The position numbers and the translations under genes were made by a program. The notes under the pieces were generated by a model. The model was not told the origin of the DNA. It did no database searches and was given only the letters and a program-made list of their open reading frames with translations. 35,934 nt of DNA from Armatimonadia bacterium (GTDB lineage Bacteria; Armatimonadota; Zipacnadia; Zipacnadales; UBA11051). Location of the stretch: positions 1-35,934 of the forward strand of contig JBDKRC010000184.1 in the NCBI GenBank assembly GCA_039683575.1. The letters run 5' to 3'. Shown here piece by piece: positions 27,328 to 35,934 of the stretch (its first letter is position 1; every line of letters begins with the position of its first letter).

Positions 27328-27354
27328 CCCCTCTGGCCCCACTCAATAACAACG

Positions 27355-27393
27355 ACAGGGCGCTCCTCCGACGGAAGAGCGCCCTGTTTCTGT
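27355..27393. terminator. Probable bidirectional intrinsic terminator
   Basis: ACAGGGCGCTC...GAGCGCCCTGT followed by TTCTGT, between convergent genes. Confidence 0.7.
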
Positions 27394-27409
27394 CCTACAG
27401 CGGTCTCGA

Positions 27410-29761
27410 CTACTGCGTCTTCTTCACCAGCACCAGCCGCTCCACATAGATCGCGTCCTTCTGGCCAGCCTGGGCATGGGGGAAGCGCGGGCCCTCGAAC
27501 TTCACCCGTGCCCACGCCTCAAACTTCTGGTCGGGCTTGGCGGGATCATAGACATTATCCACGTCCACCTGGATGATCCAGCTCCAGAAGAAGTACAGGT
27601 AGTACGACGGGCCGATGCTGTACTCACCCATCTTGTACCAGTTGTACCCCGGTCCCTTGATGTCTTCGGCCTTGATCGGCTGGCCCACGGTCGTCTTCTT
27701 GTTGACGGTATCGTAGAGCCCCCACGGCATCGGTAGCGTGTACCGTTCGCTCTGGGTCACGTCTTCGCCGGTCAGGTCCAGCTTGTTGGTGATCCCGCTC
27801 TCCGCCTCGGGGTCCTTGACCACCTTCACCACATCAGCCCAGTTGCGGCTCATGTCGGCCGTATAGTCCATGACCGTGCCCTTCGGCAGGCCCCGGAACT
27901 TCTCCGGAAGTGGTACCGAACTCGGCAGGCTGGTGTAGCGCCGCATTTCCTTCTCGGCGGCGGCCTTCTCTGCCGCCCGCTTGTTCTCCGGCAAACGCAG
28001 CGTAGCCTCGTCCATCCATGTCTGCATCGCCCTTGCGGCTGCGGTGTCCCGAGACATTGGCATCTGATCCTGCGGCTGGCCCATGGCCTGCCAGTCAGCG
28101 TTCAGCCGCGCATAGGCAATCACTGTCGCCCGGTCCAGCGGCAGGCGCGCATGCCTAACCCGGCGCAGCAGCGTCTGGTCCTGCCCTGCAGCCTTCTCCG
28201 CCTCATCAAACAGCTTGTGCGCGCGGTTCACAAACCCCAGGTTCAGGTATGTCAGCGACGTCGGCGACCCGAACCAGTTCGTCCGGCTCTTCTTCGCCTC
28301 GGCCTCTTTCTGCAATTCCGTCACATACTCAAGCACAAACTTCCCCGCCGGGCCGTAGAACCCGTCCATGAACGTCTTGGCGAGCTTGTCATAGTCGGCA
28401 TACGGGTTTTCGAGCAGCTTCATCATCATCCAGATCTTGAAGTCGCGCATGTCACCCAGGATGCCGAACTCGTGCTCGGTGAAAACCCCTTCCACATTGT
28501 TCTCCGCATAGAACTTGAAGTCATCGTCATAGGTGTGCACCGTCGGCAGCGGCATCCCGACGGGGTTGGCATACGTCACCGCATAGTCCCACACCCGCAG
28601 GTTCTTGGCGGTCTTCGCCCAGGTCTGCAGGTGCTCCCGGAACGCCTTGTTGGCCTCATCCGTAATCGGCTTGGTCGGGTCTGCTTCGGTATCACACAGC
28701 CGGATGATGACATTGTCGCGCGCCTTGAGGGTCTTCGGGGCCTTCTGCGTGTACTGGTATGCCAGCGTGTCTATGTAGACCCACGGGTACTTGTCTTTGA
28801 CCCCGTCGGCCATGTAGTTGACAAAGTCCAGAAGCGGCCCGCATTCGCTCTCTTCGGCCTTCGCTATCGCCTGGCAGTTGTCACACTGGCAGGGGTTCAG
28901 CCAGTCATTCTGCGACACGCTGAAGACATCCGGCGGCGGGGCGCCCTCCTCCTTGGCCTTGGCCGCGGTGGTCTCGATGAAGTTGATGAGCTTGGCCAGG
29001 AACTCCTTACGCAGCTCCTGGTTGGTCAGACATAGCTGAGAAGTGTCTGTGACCCGCTTCCCGTTCAGCAGCGAGTACCACTCCGGATGCGTCTTGCCAT
29101 ACTCCTTCGGCGGGAAATACAGGTTGAAGGTATGCACATGGTATGGCGGGCCGTAGTCGCGGCAGCCGCCGTAATTCGCGCTGATCTTGACGTCCCCGTC
29201 CCTGTTGAGCCGGTTACGCGCCGCAAACCGTCCCTCGTCGTTGCCGTAGAGCATGTAGATGTCGCGGTAGGCGATCACCGGCTTGCCGCGCAGCGTCGGG
29301 ATATTCACTCCCAGCCCCTGGTGTTGCGGCACGAACTCCTCCCACGGATTCCACCAGTGCACCCCCACGACGTCCTCCAGGAAGTGGTATACCGCATAGA
29401 GTGTCCCCCGCGGCCGCCCGCCAGTGATGATGATGTACGGGCCCTTCTGATCGACTACCCACTCTTCCGGCCCCAGTTTGTCCTGCCCGTAGCCCAGCAG
29501 CTTCGCGGTCTCGCTCGGGCCGACAAAGATGCTGACCGCATGGGTCCGCGAGGGCTTGTCCACGATCGGGAAAGGCACGCCGCTGACCTTCTCGAGGTAG
29601 GTGGACAACTCTTTCGCGGCCGTCTGCTCGGCCAGTGTCGCCCCCGGCGCCAGCACCAGGTCCACAATCGCTCCATTCTTCTCCGCCAGCACGACGCAGT
29701 GGCCGTGCGATCCCACCAGCGCCGCCGCCAGCAGTATCCCCACCAGTAGTAGTCGTCTCAT
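27410..29761 (-). CDS. Secreted DUF4838 domain protein (GH67-like N-terminus)
   Basis: Signal peptide; AAKELSTYLEKVSG, RGTLYAVYHFLE, HTF, QLCLTN, SQND..CQCDNC, TLAYQYT, WDY. ATG 29761 with GGAGG. Confidence 0.85.
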   Translation of the reverse strand: MRRLLLVGILLAAALVGSHGHCVVLAEKNGAIVDLVLAPGATLAEQTAAKELSTYLEKVSGVPFPIVDKPSRTHAVSIFVGPSETAKLLGYGQDKLGPEEWVVDQKGPYIIITGGRPRGTLYAVYHFLEDVVGVHWWNPWEEFVPQHQGLGVNIPTLRGKPVIAYRDIYMLYGNDEGRFAARNRLNRDGDVKISANYGGCRDYGPPYHVHTFNLYFPPKEYGKTHPEWYSLLNGKRVTDTSQLCLTNQELRKEFLAKLINFIETTAAKAKEEGAPPPDVFSVSQNDWLNPCQCDNCQAIAKAEESECGPLLDFVNYMADGVKDKYPWVYIDTLAYQYTQKAPKTLKARDNVIIRLCDTEADPTKPITDEANKAFREHLQTWAKTAKNLRVWDYAVTYANPVGMPLPTVHTYDDDFKFYAENNVEGVFTEHEFGILGDMRDFKIWMMMKLLENPYADYDKLAKTFMDGFYGPAGKFVLEYVTELQKEAEAKKSRTNWFGSPTSLTYLNLGFVNRAHKLFDEAEKAAGQDQTLLRRVRHARLPLDRATVIAYARLNADWQAMGQPQDQMPMSRDTAAARAMQTWMDEATLRLPENKRAAEKAAAEKEMRRYTSLPSSVPLPEKFRGLPKGTVMDYTADMSRNWADVVKVVKDPEAESGITNKLDLTGEDVTQSERYTLPMPWGLYDTVNKKTTVGQPIKAEDIKGPGYNWYKMGEYSIGPSYYLYFFWSWIIQVDVDNVYDPAKPDQKFEAWARVKFEGPRFPHAQAGQKDAIYVERLVLVKKTQ

Positions 29762-29989
29762 CGTACGTTCGCCTCCCATCCGTATATGATACGAACGACC
29801 TCGCAATACTTGCCCTGTGCGACCGGTGGGGCCGAATGGCCGCGCCTCTTGCGATCATCCGGCCCGCGGGCCAGACCCGCTTCGGCCCCTCCGTCTTCTT
29901 CACCTTGCAGTCCTCAGCACGGCGATATACACTGTTGGCGAACATTCCTCAAATCATGTCCGGCACCTGCGCAGGGGGGAGTGACCAGG

Positions 29990-30715
29990 GTGCAAAATCA
30001 GGATGGATGGCTCATGCCTGAAGCCGAAAATCGCCATTTCCGGTTCCTGGCTGACCTCAGCCACGAGGTTCGCAGCCCGCTCAACGCCATCATCGGCTTC
30101 TCCGAGCTACTCACCGACGGCGTCTTTGGTGACCTCACCGATGAGCAGCGCGCCGTCGTCAACGATATCCTCGCCGCGGGCAACCACATGCTGCGGCTGA
30201 TCAGCGACGTCCTGGACATCTCCAAGATCCACGCCGACAAGCTCGACCTGCAGCCCGAGGTTCTGTGCGTAGCCTCTGTGACGGAACAGGCCCTGACAGT
30301 CGTGCGGGCGCCGTCGCGAGAGAAGAGCATCACCCTCACCAACGAAATCTCCACCGACCTCGCCGTCTGGGCCGACGAACGCCGCGTTACCCAGATTCTC
30401 TGCAATATCATCTCCAACGCCATCCGCTGCAGCCCCGCGGGCTCCGAAGTGCTGGTAACCGCGCAGACGGAGGGCGAATACGTGCGCCTGTCGGTGCAGG
30501 ACCGCGGCTGCGGCATCGCTCCCGAGGACCACGAGCGTATCTTCGAAGACTTCATCGCGTTGCCAACGCCGGAAGAAGCCCCCGGCACAGGCCTCGGCCT
30601 CTCCGTAAGCAAGCGCCTCGTAGAGCTAATGTGCGGCACGATTGGTGTGGAGAGCGAAAAGGGCCACGGCGCCACCTTCAGCTTCACCCTCCCCCGCCGC
30701 GACCGCCCCGACTAG
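29990..30715 (+). CDS. Sensor-less histidine kinase (HisKA and HATPase only)
   Basis: SHEVRSPLNAI, NIISNAIR, DRGCGI, IFEDF, GTGLGL all intact. GTG 29990 with GGGAG RBS (alternative ATG 30014). The track start at 29786 adds non-protein-like sequence. Confidence 0.85.
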   Translation: MQNQDGWLMPEAENRHFRFLADLSHEVRSPLNAIIGFSELLTDGVFGDLTDEQRAVVNDILAAGNHMLRLISDVLDISKIHADKLDLQPEVLCVASVTEQALTVVRAPSREKSITLTNEISTDLAVWADERRVTQILCNIISNAIRCSPAGSEVLVTAQTEGEYVRLSVQDRGCGIAPEDHERIFEDFIALPTPEEAPGTGLGLSVSKRLVELMCGTIGVESEKGHGATFSFTLPRRDRPD

Positions 30716-30766
30716 AACACACGTAAGAACCGCTAGGAACACTCCCCGTACGCACGCGCCCCACCG

Positions 30767-30874
30767 TTGTCATGCTGAGCATTTGGTTTGTCACACGGAG
30801 CATCTGGTTTGTCATGCTGAGCGCAGCGAAGCATCTCCGCGTGTGAGATCCTTCACTTCGTTCAGGATGACAAA
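30767..30874. repeat. REP-like palindrome preceded by two 21-bp tandem partial copies
   Basis: TTGTCATGCTGAGCATTTGGT, then TTGTCACACGGAGCATCTGGT, then TTGTCATGCTGAGCGCAGCGAAGCATCTC, with inverted arm GAGATCCTTCACTTCGTTCAGGATGACAAA (30845-30874). Confidence 0.8.
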
Positions 30875-30906
30875 ACAAGCGGGAGGGCCCCAAAGAGCCC
30901 TCCCGC
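30872..30906 (-). terminator. Intrinsic terminator
   Basis: GCGGGAGGGC (30879-30888) pairs with GCCCTCCCGC (30897-30906), followed on the minus strand by TTGTTTT. Confidence 0.65.
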
Positions 30907-30948
30907 GTCTGTTTCGTCATGTCGGGGTCAGTGACCCCACCCACGAAC

Positions 30949-31968
30949 CTACCCGACCAGTTCGCTGATCTCAACCGGGCATCCGCCGCGGTTCATCGAC
31001 TCATACCCCGCAACCGAGATCGCCAGGCTCTTGACGCCCTCGATGTATGGTACGCTCGTCTTGGTGCTCCCTGCCTTGACCGCATCCAGGAACTCGTACA
31101 GCACGCCCGCCGGCCAGTCCTCGGCCGCCGTCATGCTGCCCTCATCGTCTCCGGCCCAACTGCAGTTTGCGCCGTCAATGGTAATCAGTAGCCCCTCGGC
31201 CACTACCTTGAAGCCTATGTCCCACTTCGCCTGCGGCACTATGGAGCAACTCATCGTGCCCAGCGCACCGCTCTCGTACTCGATGACGAGGCCAGTGGTA
31301 TCGGGGATTTCGAGCCCCTCGGTGTACCGCAGCAGCCCCTCGGGCGCCACATAGCCTGCCGGCGGGGTCCAGTCACGCGTGCGCGTGGCCCGGCCCACGA
31401 CCGTCTTGGCGTCTCCGGCCAGGAAGCGGCCAAGGTCTATCATGTGCGTAGCCTGCTCGATGAGCTGCCCGCCACCAAGCTCCATCTTCTTCCACCAGTC
31501 ACGCGCCGGCAGGCCCGGCATGTAGTAATGCGCCTGCACCATCGCGACCGGGTGCTCTGCCAGCATCTTCTTCACTGCCAGGATCGGTTCGGCGAAGCGG
31601 AACATGTACCCGACCTGCGTGGCGATGCCGGCCTTCGCGACCGCCTTCTGCACGCGGTTCGCCAGCTCCATGTTCACTGCCACGGGCTTCTCGACAAAGA
31701 ACGGGATCTTCGCCTCGCAGGCCGCTTCCTCGATGTCGCCATGCGCAAACGGCGGCGTGCAGATTATGATCGCGTCCGGCTTCTCCTGGCTGTAAAGCTC
31801 GTTGAAGGTCTGGTAAGCCTTGCCGCCATACTCCGCTGCTGTCTTCTGCGCGGCCTCAAAGAAAGTGTCGGCATAGCCGACCAGTTCCACATCCTCACGC
31901 TTGGCACAAAAGCCCAGGTGCCGTCGCGCAATTCCGCCCACTCCCACAAAACCAACTCGAAGCGCCAT
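30949..31968 (-). CDS. Gfo/Idh/MocA family oxidoreductase
   Basis: GFVGVGGIA, CTPPFAH, VEKP, VGYMFRF, GGQLIEQATHMID. GGAGGA RBS. Confidence 0.92.
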   Translation of the reverse strand: MALRVGFVGVGGIARRHLGFCAKREDVELVGYADTFFEAAQKTAAEYGGKAYQTFNELYSQEKPDAIIICTPPFAHGDIEEAACEAKIPFFVEKPVAVNMELANRVQKAVAKAGIATQVGYMFRFAEPILAVKKMLAEHPVAMVQAHYYMPGLPARDWWKKMELGGGQLIEQATHMIDLGRFLAGDAKTVVGRATRTRDWTPPAGYVAPEGLLRYTEGLEIPDTTGLVIEYESGALGTMSCSIVPQAKWDIGFKVVAEGLLITIDGANCSWAGDDEGSMTAAEDWPAGVLYEFLDAVKAGSTKTSVPYIEGVKSLAISVAGYESMNRGGCPVEISELVG

Positions 31969-32054
31969 GATAAGTCCTCCCTCGAAGGGTTGAATGATCC
32001 GGTGTCACGGACCAGTCCATTTTCGCCACAGCCCCCCTAAGACCTTCCCTCTCC

Positions 32055-32177
32055 TCGCGTGGCAGGCATGCTCCGCATGCCGGAACTTGGGAGCAAGCTG
32101 CCTAACGGTCTCGCATGCCGAAATTGTGACCACTATTGTCTCCCGGGTCCGGTGTGCGGAGCATGCCTGCCACGCGA
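32055..32177. repeat. GTGG-type REP doublet (copy 1)
   Basis: TCGCGTGGCAGGCATGCTCCGCATGCCGGA (32055-32084) with an inverted copy at 32148-32177 (two mismatches). Same family as 35347-35426. Confidence 0.85.
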
Positions 32178-32241
32178 TGGAACCCCTAGCCTCCTCCGGC
32201 TACCTCCGATTTCCCATACTCTGTTTTCGCCTCATCCCCCC

Positions 32242-32268
32242 TTGACCTCGGCCCCTCAAAGTTATAAT
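32242..32268 (+). promoter_or_regulatory. Possible sigma70 promoter for the symporter
   Basis: TTGACC (32242-32247) and TATAAT (32263-32268), but the spacer is only 15 nt. Confidence 0.4.
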
Positions 32269-32472
32269 CTTCCCACCTGCACTGCTGTTGGCGGCCGGAT
32301 CTGTGCGCTTGCGAGGCAAGCGCGCCCCGGACGCACGCGCTGGAGAGCCGTGCCCCATCCCCCGCGGGGTGATGGCGGCATGCCGGCAGCCGTGGCGGAA
32401 ACAGGGCGTATTGTGCGCCCCTAGTTTCAACCACGCGCGCGTTCGGCGCGCGCGCCGGGGAGGGAGATCCCT

Positions 32473-34026
32473 ATGGCTGCGCGGATTGGCATTGTTCTGT
32501 TCTACATCCTGGTCAACGTCGTAATAGGTTACTGGGCCTCACGTCGCGTAAAGAATGTCGGAGACTTCTTCATCGCCGGTCGCAAAGTTGGCCCCTGGGT
32601 CTCAGCCTTCGCCTTCGGTACCACCTATTTCTCCGCCGTACTCTTCATTGGCTATGCCGGCAAGCTCGGTTGGGGCTTCGGCATGAACACCCTCTGGATC
32701 GCCGCCGGAAACGTAGTCATCGGGTCCCTGCTGGCCTGGATGGTCCTCGCCAAGACCACCCGCAAGATGACCTACCGCCTCGACGCGATCACCATGCCCG
32801 AGTTCCTCAGCGCCCGCTACAACTGGCCGCTCTTCCGGAACATCTCCGCGGTTGTTGTCTTCCTCTTCCTCGTACCCTACAGCGCCTCGGTCTACCAGGG
32901 CCTTGCCTATCTCTTCCAGCAGAATCTCGGCATCGACTACCTCTGGGCCGTTCTCCTGATGTCCTTCATCACCGGGGTATACCTGCTGATGGGCGGCTAC
33001 CTCGCCGTCACCATCACCGACTTCTTCCAGGGCCTGATTCAGATCTTCGGCGTCATCATCATGATCTTCCTGATCACGCTCCCCGTCGGCGGCGTCTTCC
33101 CGGCGATCTCGCAAGGCCTCCAACCCCAGAACACCCCGGGCCTCTTCGCCCCTGGACCTGTTCCCGGTTGGCTGACGCTTGCCTCTCTCGCCCTCATCAC
33201 CAGTCTTGGTGTCTGGGGCATGCCGCAGATGGTCCAGAAGTTCTACTCCATCCGGCGCGTCAAGGACATCGTCCCCGCCACCGTTATCTCCACTCTCTTC
33301 TGCACCCTCATCGCCGGCGGCGCGTACTTTACCGGCGGCATGAGCCATCTGCTCCTGAAGGCCAACCAGATCCCGCTCGGCCCTGACGGCAAGGTCAATC
33401 CCGACACCATCGTCCCGCTGATGCTGTCTCTGCACACCCCGCCATGGTTCTCGGTGCTCATCCTCCTCATCGTCCTGGCCGCCTCGATGAGCACCCTCGC
33501 CTCCCTGGTCCTGGTCTCCAGCGCCGCCGTCTCGGTTGACCTTCTCGGCTATCGCGTCAAGGGCGAAGGCGCCGACAAAAAGGGCGTCCTGATCCTCCGC
33601 CTGCTCTGCGCCCTTTTCGTGGGGCTGTCGGTTGTTTTGGCCGCCTACAAGATCAGCTTCATAGTCAACATGATGGCCTTCTCCTGGGGCGCGCTTGCAG
33701 GCTTCTTCATCGCCCCGTATATCTACGGCCTCTTCTGGAAGGGCGCGACCCGCGCGGGTGCGGTTGCAGCCTCCTTCACCGGCCTCGCCATCGCCGTCGG
33801 CATCCCGGTCCTCGTCCAGGTCCCCGGCATCCCGGCGGCACGCTCACCCTACATCCCCGTCGCGGCCGCGCTGGCGATGCTGGTGCCGCTGATCGTCATG
33901 CCCATCGTCTCAGCCCTCACCAAAAAGCTCCCCGCCGAGCACGTGGCAATGGTCTTCGCAGCTGAGCAGGGAGAAGACGACGATGACGAAGCAGTAATCG
34001 AGCCAATCGCCGAAACCGGGAGCTAG
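32473..34026 (+). CDS. Sodium:solute symporter (SSS, PutP/PanF-like)
   Basis: DFFIAGR, SAVLFIGYAG, TMPEFLSARY, GGYLAVTITDFFQG, WGMPQMVQKFY, AASMST; about 13 TMs. Confidence 0.92.
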   Translation: MAARIGIVLFYILVNVVIGYWASRRVKNVGDFFIAGRKVGPWVSAFAFGTTYFSAVLFIGYAGKLGWGFGMNTLWIAAGNVVIGSLLAWMVLAKTTRKMTYRLDAITMPEFLSARYNWPLFRNISAVVVFLFLVPYSASVYQGLAYLFQQNLGIDYLWAVLLMSFITGVYLLMGGYLAVTITDFFQGLIQIFGVIIMIFLITLPVGGVFPAISQGLQPQNTPGLFAPGPVPGWLTLASLALITSLGVWGMPQMVQKFYSIRRVKDIVPATVISTLFCTLIAGGAYFTGGMSHLLLKANQIPLGPDGKVNPDTIVPLMLSLHTPPWFSVLILLIVLAASMSTLASLVLVSSAAVSVDLLGYRVKGEGADKKGVLILRLLCALFVGLSVVLAAYKISFIVNMMAFSWGALAGFFIAPYIYGLFWKGATRAGAVAASFTGLAIAVGIPVLVQVPGIPAARSPYIPVAAALAMLVPLIVMPIVSALTKKLPAEHVAMVFAAEQGEDDDDEAVIEPIAETGS

Positions 34027-34088
34027 TTAGGGGCTATCCCCTGTACGAGCGATCACTGATCGCGACTGGTCTGCCCACCACTGAACGC

Positions 34089-34127
34089 AAAAGGAGCGAC
34101 CCCTCTCGGGGCCGCTCCTGTCGTTTC
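34089..34127. terminator. Probable bidirectional intrinsic terminator
   Basis: AAA-AGGAGCGACCCC-TCTC-GGGGCCGCTCCT-GTCGTTT between convergent genes. Confidence 0.6.
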
Positions 34128-34171
34128 TCGCCTCTCGTGTTTGTGAGAGGGCTCTCCAGAGCCCGACACCG

Positions 34172-35314
34172 TTAGTACCCCCCAAACTCCCGGCAAGCCT
34201 CATACATCGCCCGCACATGCTCCGGCGGCGTAAACGGCGCCAGATTATTCCCTTCCCGCAGCACGAACTTCCCACCCGCCATGATGCCGCTGCCTAGTAT
34301 CCGCCGCGTCTCCGCCACAATCGCCTCCACCGGCCCCCGCAGCACAAGCTCCACATGCGGCCCTCCATAGATGGTCACCTCCGGCCCCAACTCCTCCCGT
34401 AGCCACCCGTGATCCACTGGAAACCCCGTATCGAAGCTCATGACCTTCAGCTCATCGCGGATCGTCTTGAAGTGCCGCGTGGCATCCCCGCACAGATGTA
34501 TCGAGTTCGGCCCCTCCGCCCCAAACCGCTCCACCAGCCGCTTGTGGTAAGGCAGCACAAACTCCCGGTAGTGCGCCGGAGAGAGCATCTGAATGGCATC
34601 GTCGGCCATCCCCGTCGCCTTGCTCTCCAGCGGTATCCCCAGCCGCTTGCGATACGCAACAATCCGCGCCGTCACGGCCTCGGTGATGTAGTCCAATAGC
34701 TCATGCACGAAATCCGGATCGGTATACAACTGCAGCATCAGCGCTGTCGGGTCCATCAGCGCACAGGCAATCGTGAAGATCCCGTCAGTCCCACACCCCG
34801 GCACCCCCGACGCCACCACCGGCCGCCCCTCGAACTCATCGTCCTTCGCCCACTCCTGGAACTGCTCCAGATACTCCCACGCCCGTCCCAGCCACCCCTC
34901 AAACGGGTCCGGCACCCCCCGGTCAAACAGCCTCCGCTTGTTGTCCTCGTCCAAGATCGGCGTCGTGTCCGGAACCTGCCCCGGCCGGAAGTGCAGTGGG
35001 CACCCGAACCACAGCGCCTCATACGAGTTCTGCAGGTCCACCCCCACCGTCCACTGCTCCGGCAGCCCCATCGGCTGGTCATACGGCAGGTAGTGCTTGA
35101 TGTAGTACTGCTTGCGCAGCAGGTGCCGGTACATCGCCTCGGGCTTGGTGAAGAAGTCCTCGAAGTCATACCCCTCAGGATTCGCCACCGGATTGAAAAT
35201 GGTATACCGCGACGAAATCCCCAGCGTCATCGGCACCCGCGTAGGCTTCCCGGCCTGATAAGCCGCCCAGACTGCCGCTTGCTCCTCATTGTGCGCCGCA
35301 AAATCCATGGGCAT
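34172..35314 (-). CDS. Uroporphyrinogen decarboxylase (URO-D/MtaA-CmuA) family protein
   Basis: DPDFVHELL, ADD...LSP..YREFVLPYHKR, IHLCG, GKFVL..GNNL...TPPEHVRAM. Confidence 0.85.
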   Translation of the reverse strand: MPMDFAAHNEEQAAVWAAYQAGKPTRVPMTLGISSRYTIFNPVANPEGYDFEDFFTKPEAMYRHLLRKQYYIKHYLPYDQPMGLPEQWTVGVDLQNSYEALWFGCPLHFRPGQVPDTTPILDEDNKRRLFDRGVPDPFEGWLGRAWEYLEQFQEWAKDDEFEGRPVVASGVPGCGTDGIFTIACALMDPTALMLQLYTDPDFVHELLDYITEAVTARIVAYRKRLGIPLESKATGMADDAIQMLSPAHYREFVLPYHKRLVERFGAEGPNSIHLCGDATRHFKTIRDELKVMSFDTGFPVDHGWLREELGPEVTIYGGPHVELVLRGPVEAIVAETRRILGSGIMAGGKFVLREGNNLAPFTPPEHVRAMYEACREFGGY

Positions 35315-35346
35315 TTCTCTACCTCATCGCGTGGTAGCACACTAGA

Positions 35347-35426
35347 ACGCGTGGCAGGCATGCTCCGCATGCCGGAATCACTCAGCGTTACCATGTTCCG
35401 GCATGCGGAGCATGCCTCCCACGCGT
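35347..35426. repeat. GTGG-type REP doublet (copy 2)
   Basis: ACGCGTGGCAGGCATGCTCCGCATGCCGGAA (35347-35377) with an inverted copy at 35396-35426 (one mismatch). Confidence 0.85.
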
Positions 35427-35934
35427 CTATAACTTCGGCCTCGTCTCACACCTCGGACAAAGCTCCTGACAAAGCCTCACCGTCGCCCCCAGCACCTGTG
35501 CCCCGAGCATCAAATGCACCTTCGCCTCCCCAATCTGCCCGTCCGCAATCTGCCCGCGCTCGCGCATATACCCCTCCAGCGCCTCCCACTCCACCAGACA
35601 CGGCCCATTCCGCCAGTAGACCCCGGTCGCCCCCACCACATGCCCCATCCCGTCCACAATCCTCCTCGGCCACCCCTCCGCAATGCACGGCACCCCGTAC
35701 AGCGTCTCGCCAATGTGTGCCATGGTATTCGTGTTCATCCCCACCCCGAGCAGCAGCACCTTCCCGCCCATCGCCGCGAGCTTCCCCAGCGGCGACCGCA
35801 GCCCAACCGTCCCCACATGCAAGTGCTCCCTCGTCAAGAGCTCCGCCAACGGCCCAATTGCCGCACACGGATGCGTAGGATGCAGACTCCGATAAGCCTC
35901 CGGCCGTACCCTCAGAGCATTAGTAATCGCCCCA
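35427..35934 (-). CDS. AAC(3)/YokD family N-acetyltransferase, C-terminal part (start beyond the right edge)
   Basis: Frame is open to the window end: GAITNALRVRPEAYRSLHPTHPCAAIG...SPLGKL...LLLGVGMNTNTMAHIGE. Confidence 0.85.
   Translation of the reverse strand, partial: GAITNALRVRPEAYRSLHPTHPCAAIGPLAELLTREHLHVGTVGLRSPLGKLAAMGGKVLLLGVGMNTNTMAHIGETLYGVPCIAEGWPRRIVDGMGHVVGATGVYWRNGPCLVEWEALEGYMRERGQIADGQIGEAKVHLMLGAQVLGATVRLCQELCPRCETRPKL

Noticed and set aside
30767-30837. CRISPR-like array
   Set aside because: The units are contiguous 21-bp tandem copies without unique spacers, and there are no cas genes.
32340-32400. Glycine riboswitch (GGAGAG) ahead of the symporter
   Set aside because: It lacks the CCGAAG and CTCAGG conserved elements.
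35427-35934. Acquired aminoglycoside resistance gene
   Set aside because: AAC(3)/YokD homologs are widespread chromosomal genes. There is no mobile context and the gene is partial, so resistance cannot be claimed.

Overview
A GC-rich bacterial chromosomal segment with about 30 genes. Gene content suggests Armatimonadota or a related lineage: a DUF1559/H-X9-DG prepilin-like protein, a PEP-CTERM protein, a DUF4838 protein, a DUF6785-type membrane protein and a UroD-family paralog. This taxonomy is inference. Most genes serve glycan/sugar-acid catabolism (GH28-like, BNR sialidase-like, sulfatase, uronate isomerase, two Gfo/Idh/MocA oxidoreductases, TIM-barrel isomerases), transport, or two-component signalling. 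The standout is a translationally coupled pair at 16835-18945. It encodes a QatB-like protein starting MGTS and a QatC-like QueC-family enzyme, with no qatA or qatD and no mobile-element signature, inside a sugar-catabolic gene run. This is a candidate stand-alone protein-deazaguanylation or defence module. Other notable items are a PilS-like membrane sensor whose ATP-binding motifs are degenerate (pseudokinase), a sensor-less intact kinase 3 kb away, a REC-GAF protein with no output domain beside an acylphosphatase, four families of REP/REPIN-like palindromes, a DnaA-box cluster and a highly structured leader upstream of a Na+/solute symporter. No rRNA, tRNA, CRISPR array, integrase or transposase was seen. 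All calls come from motif recognition by eye; no searches were run.
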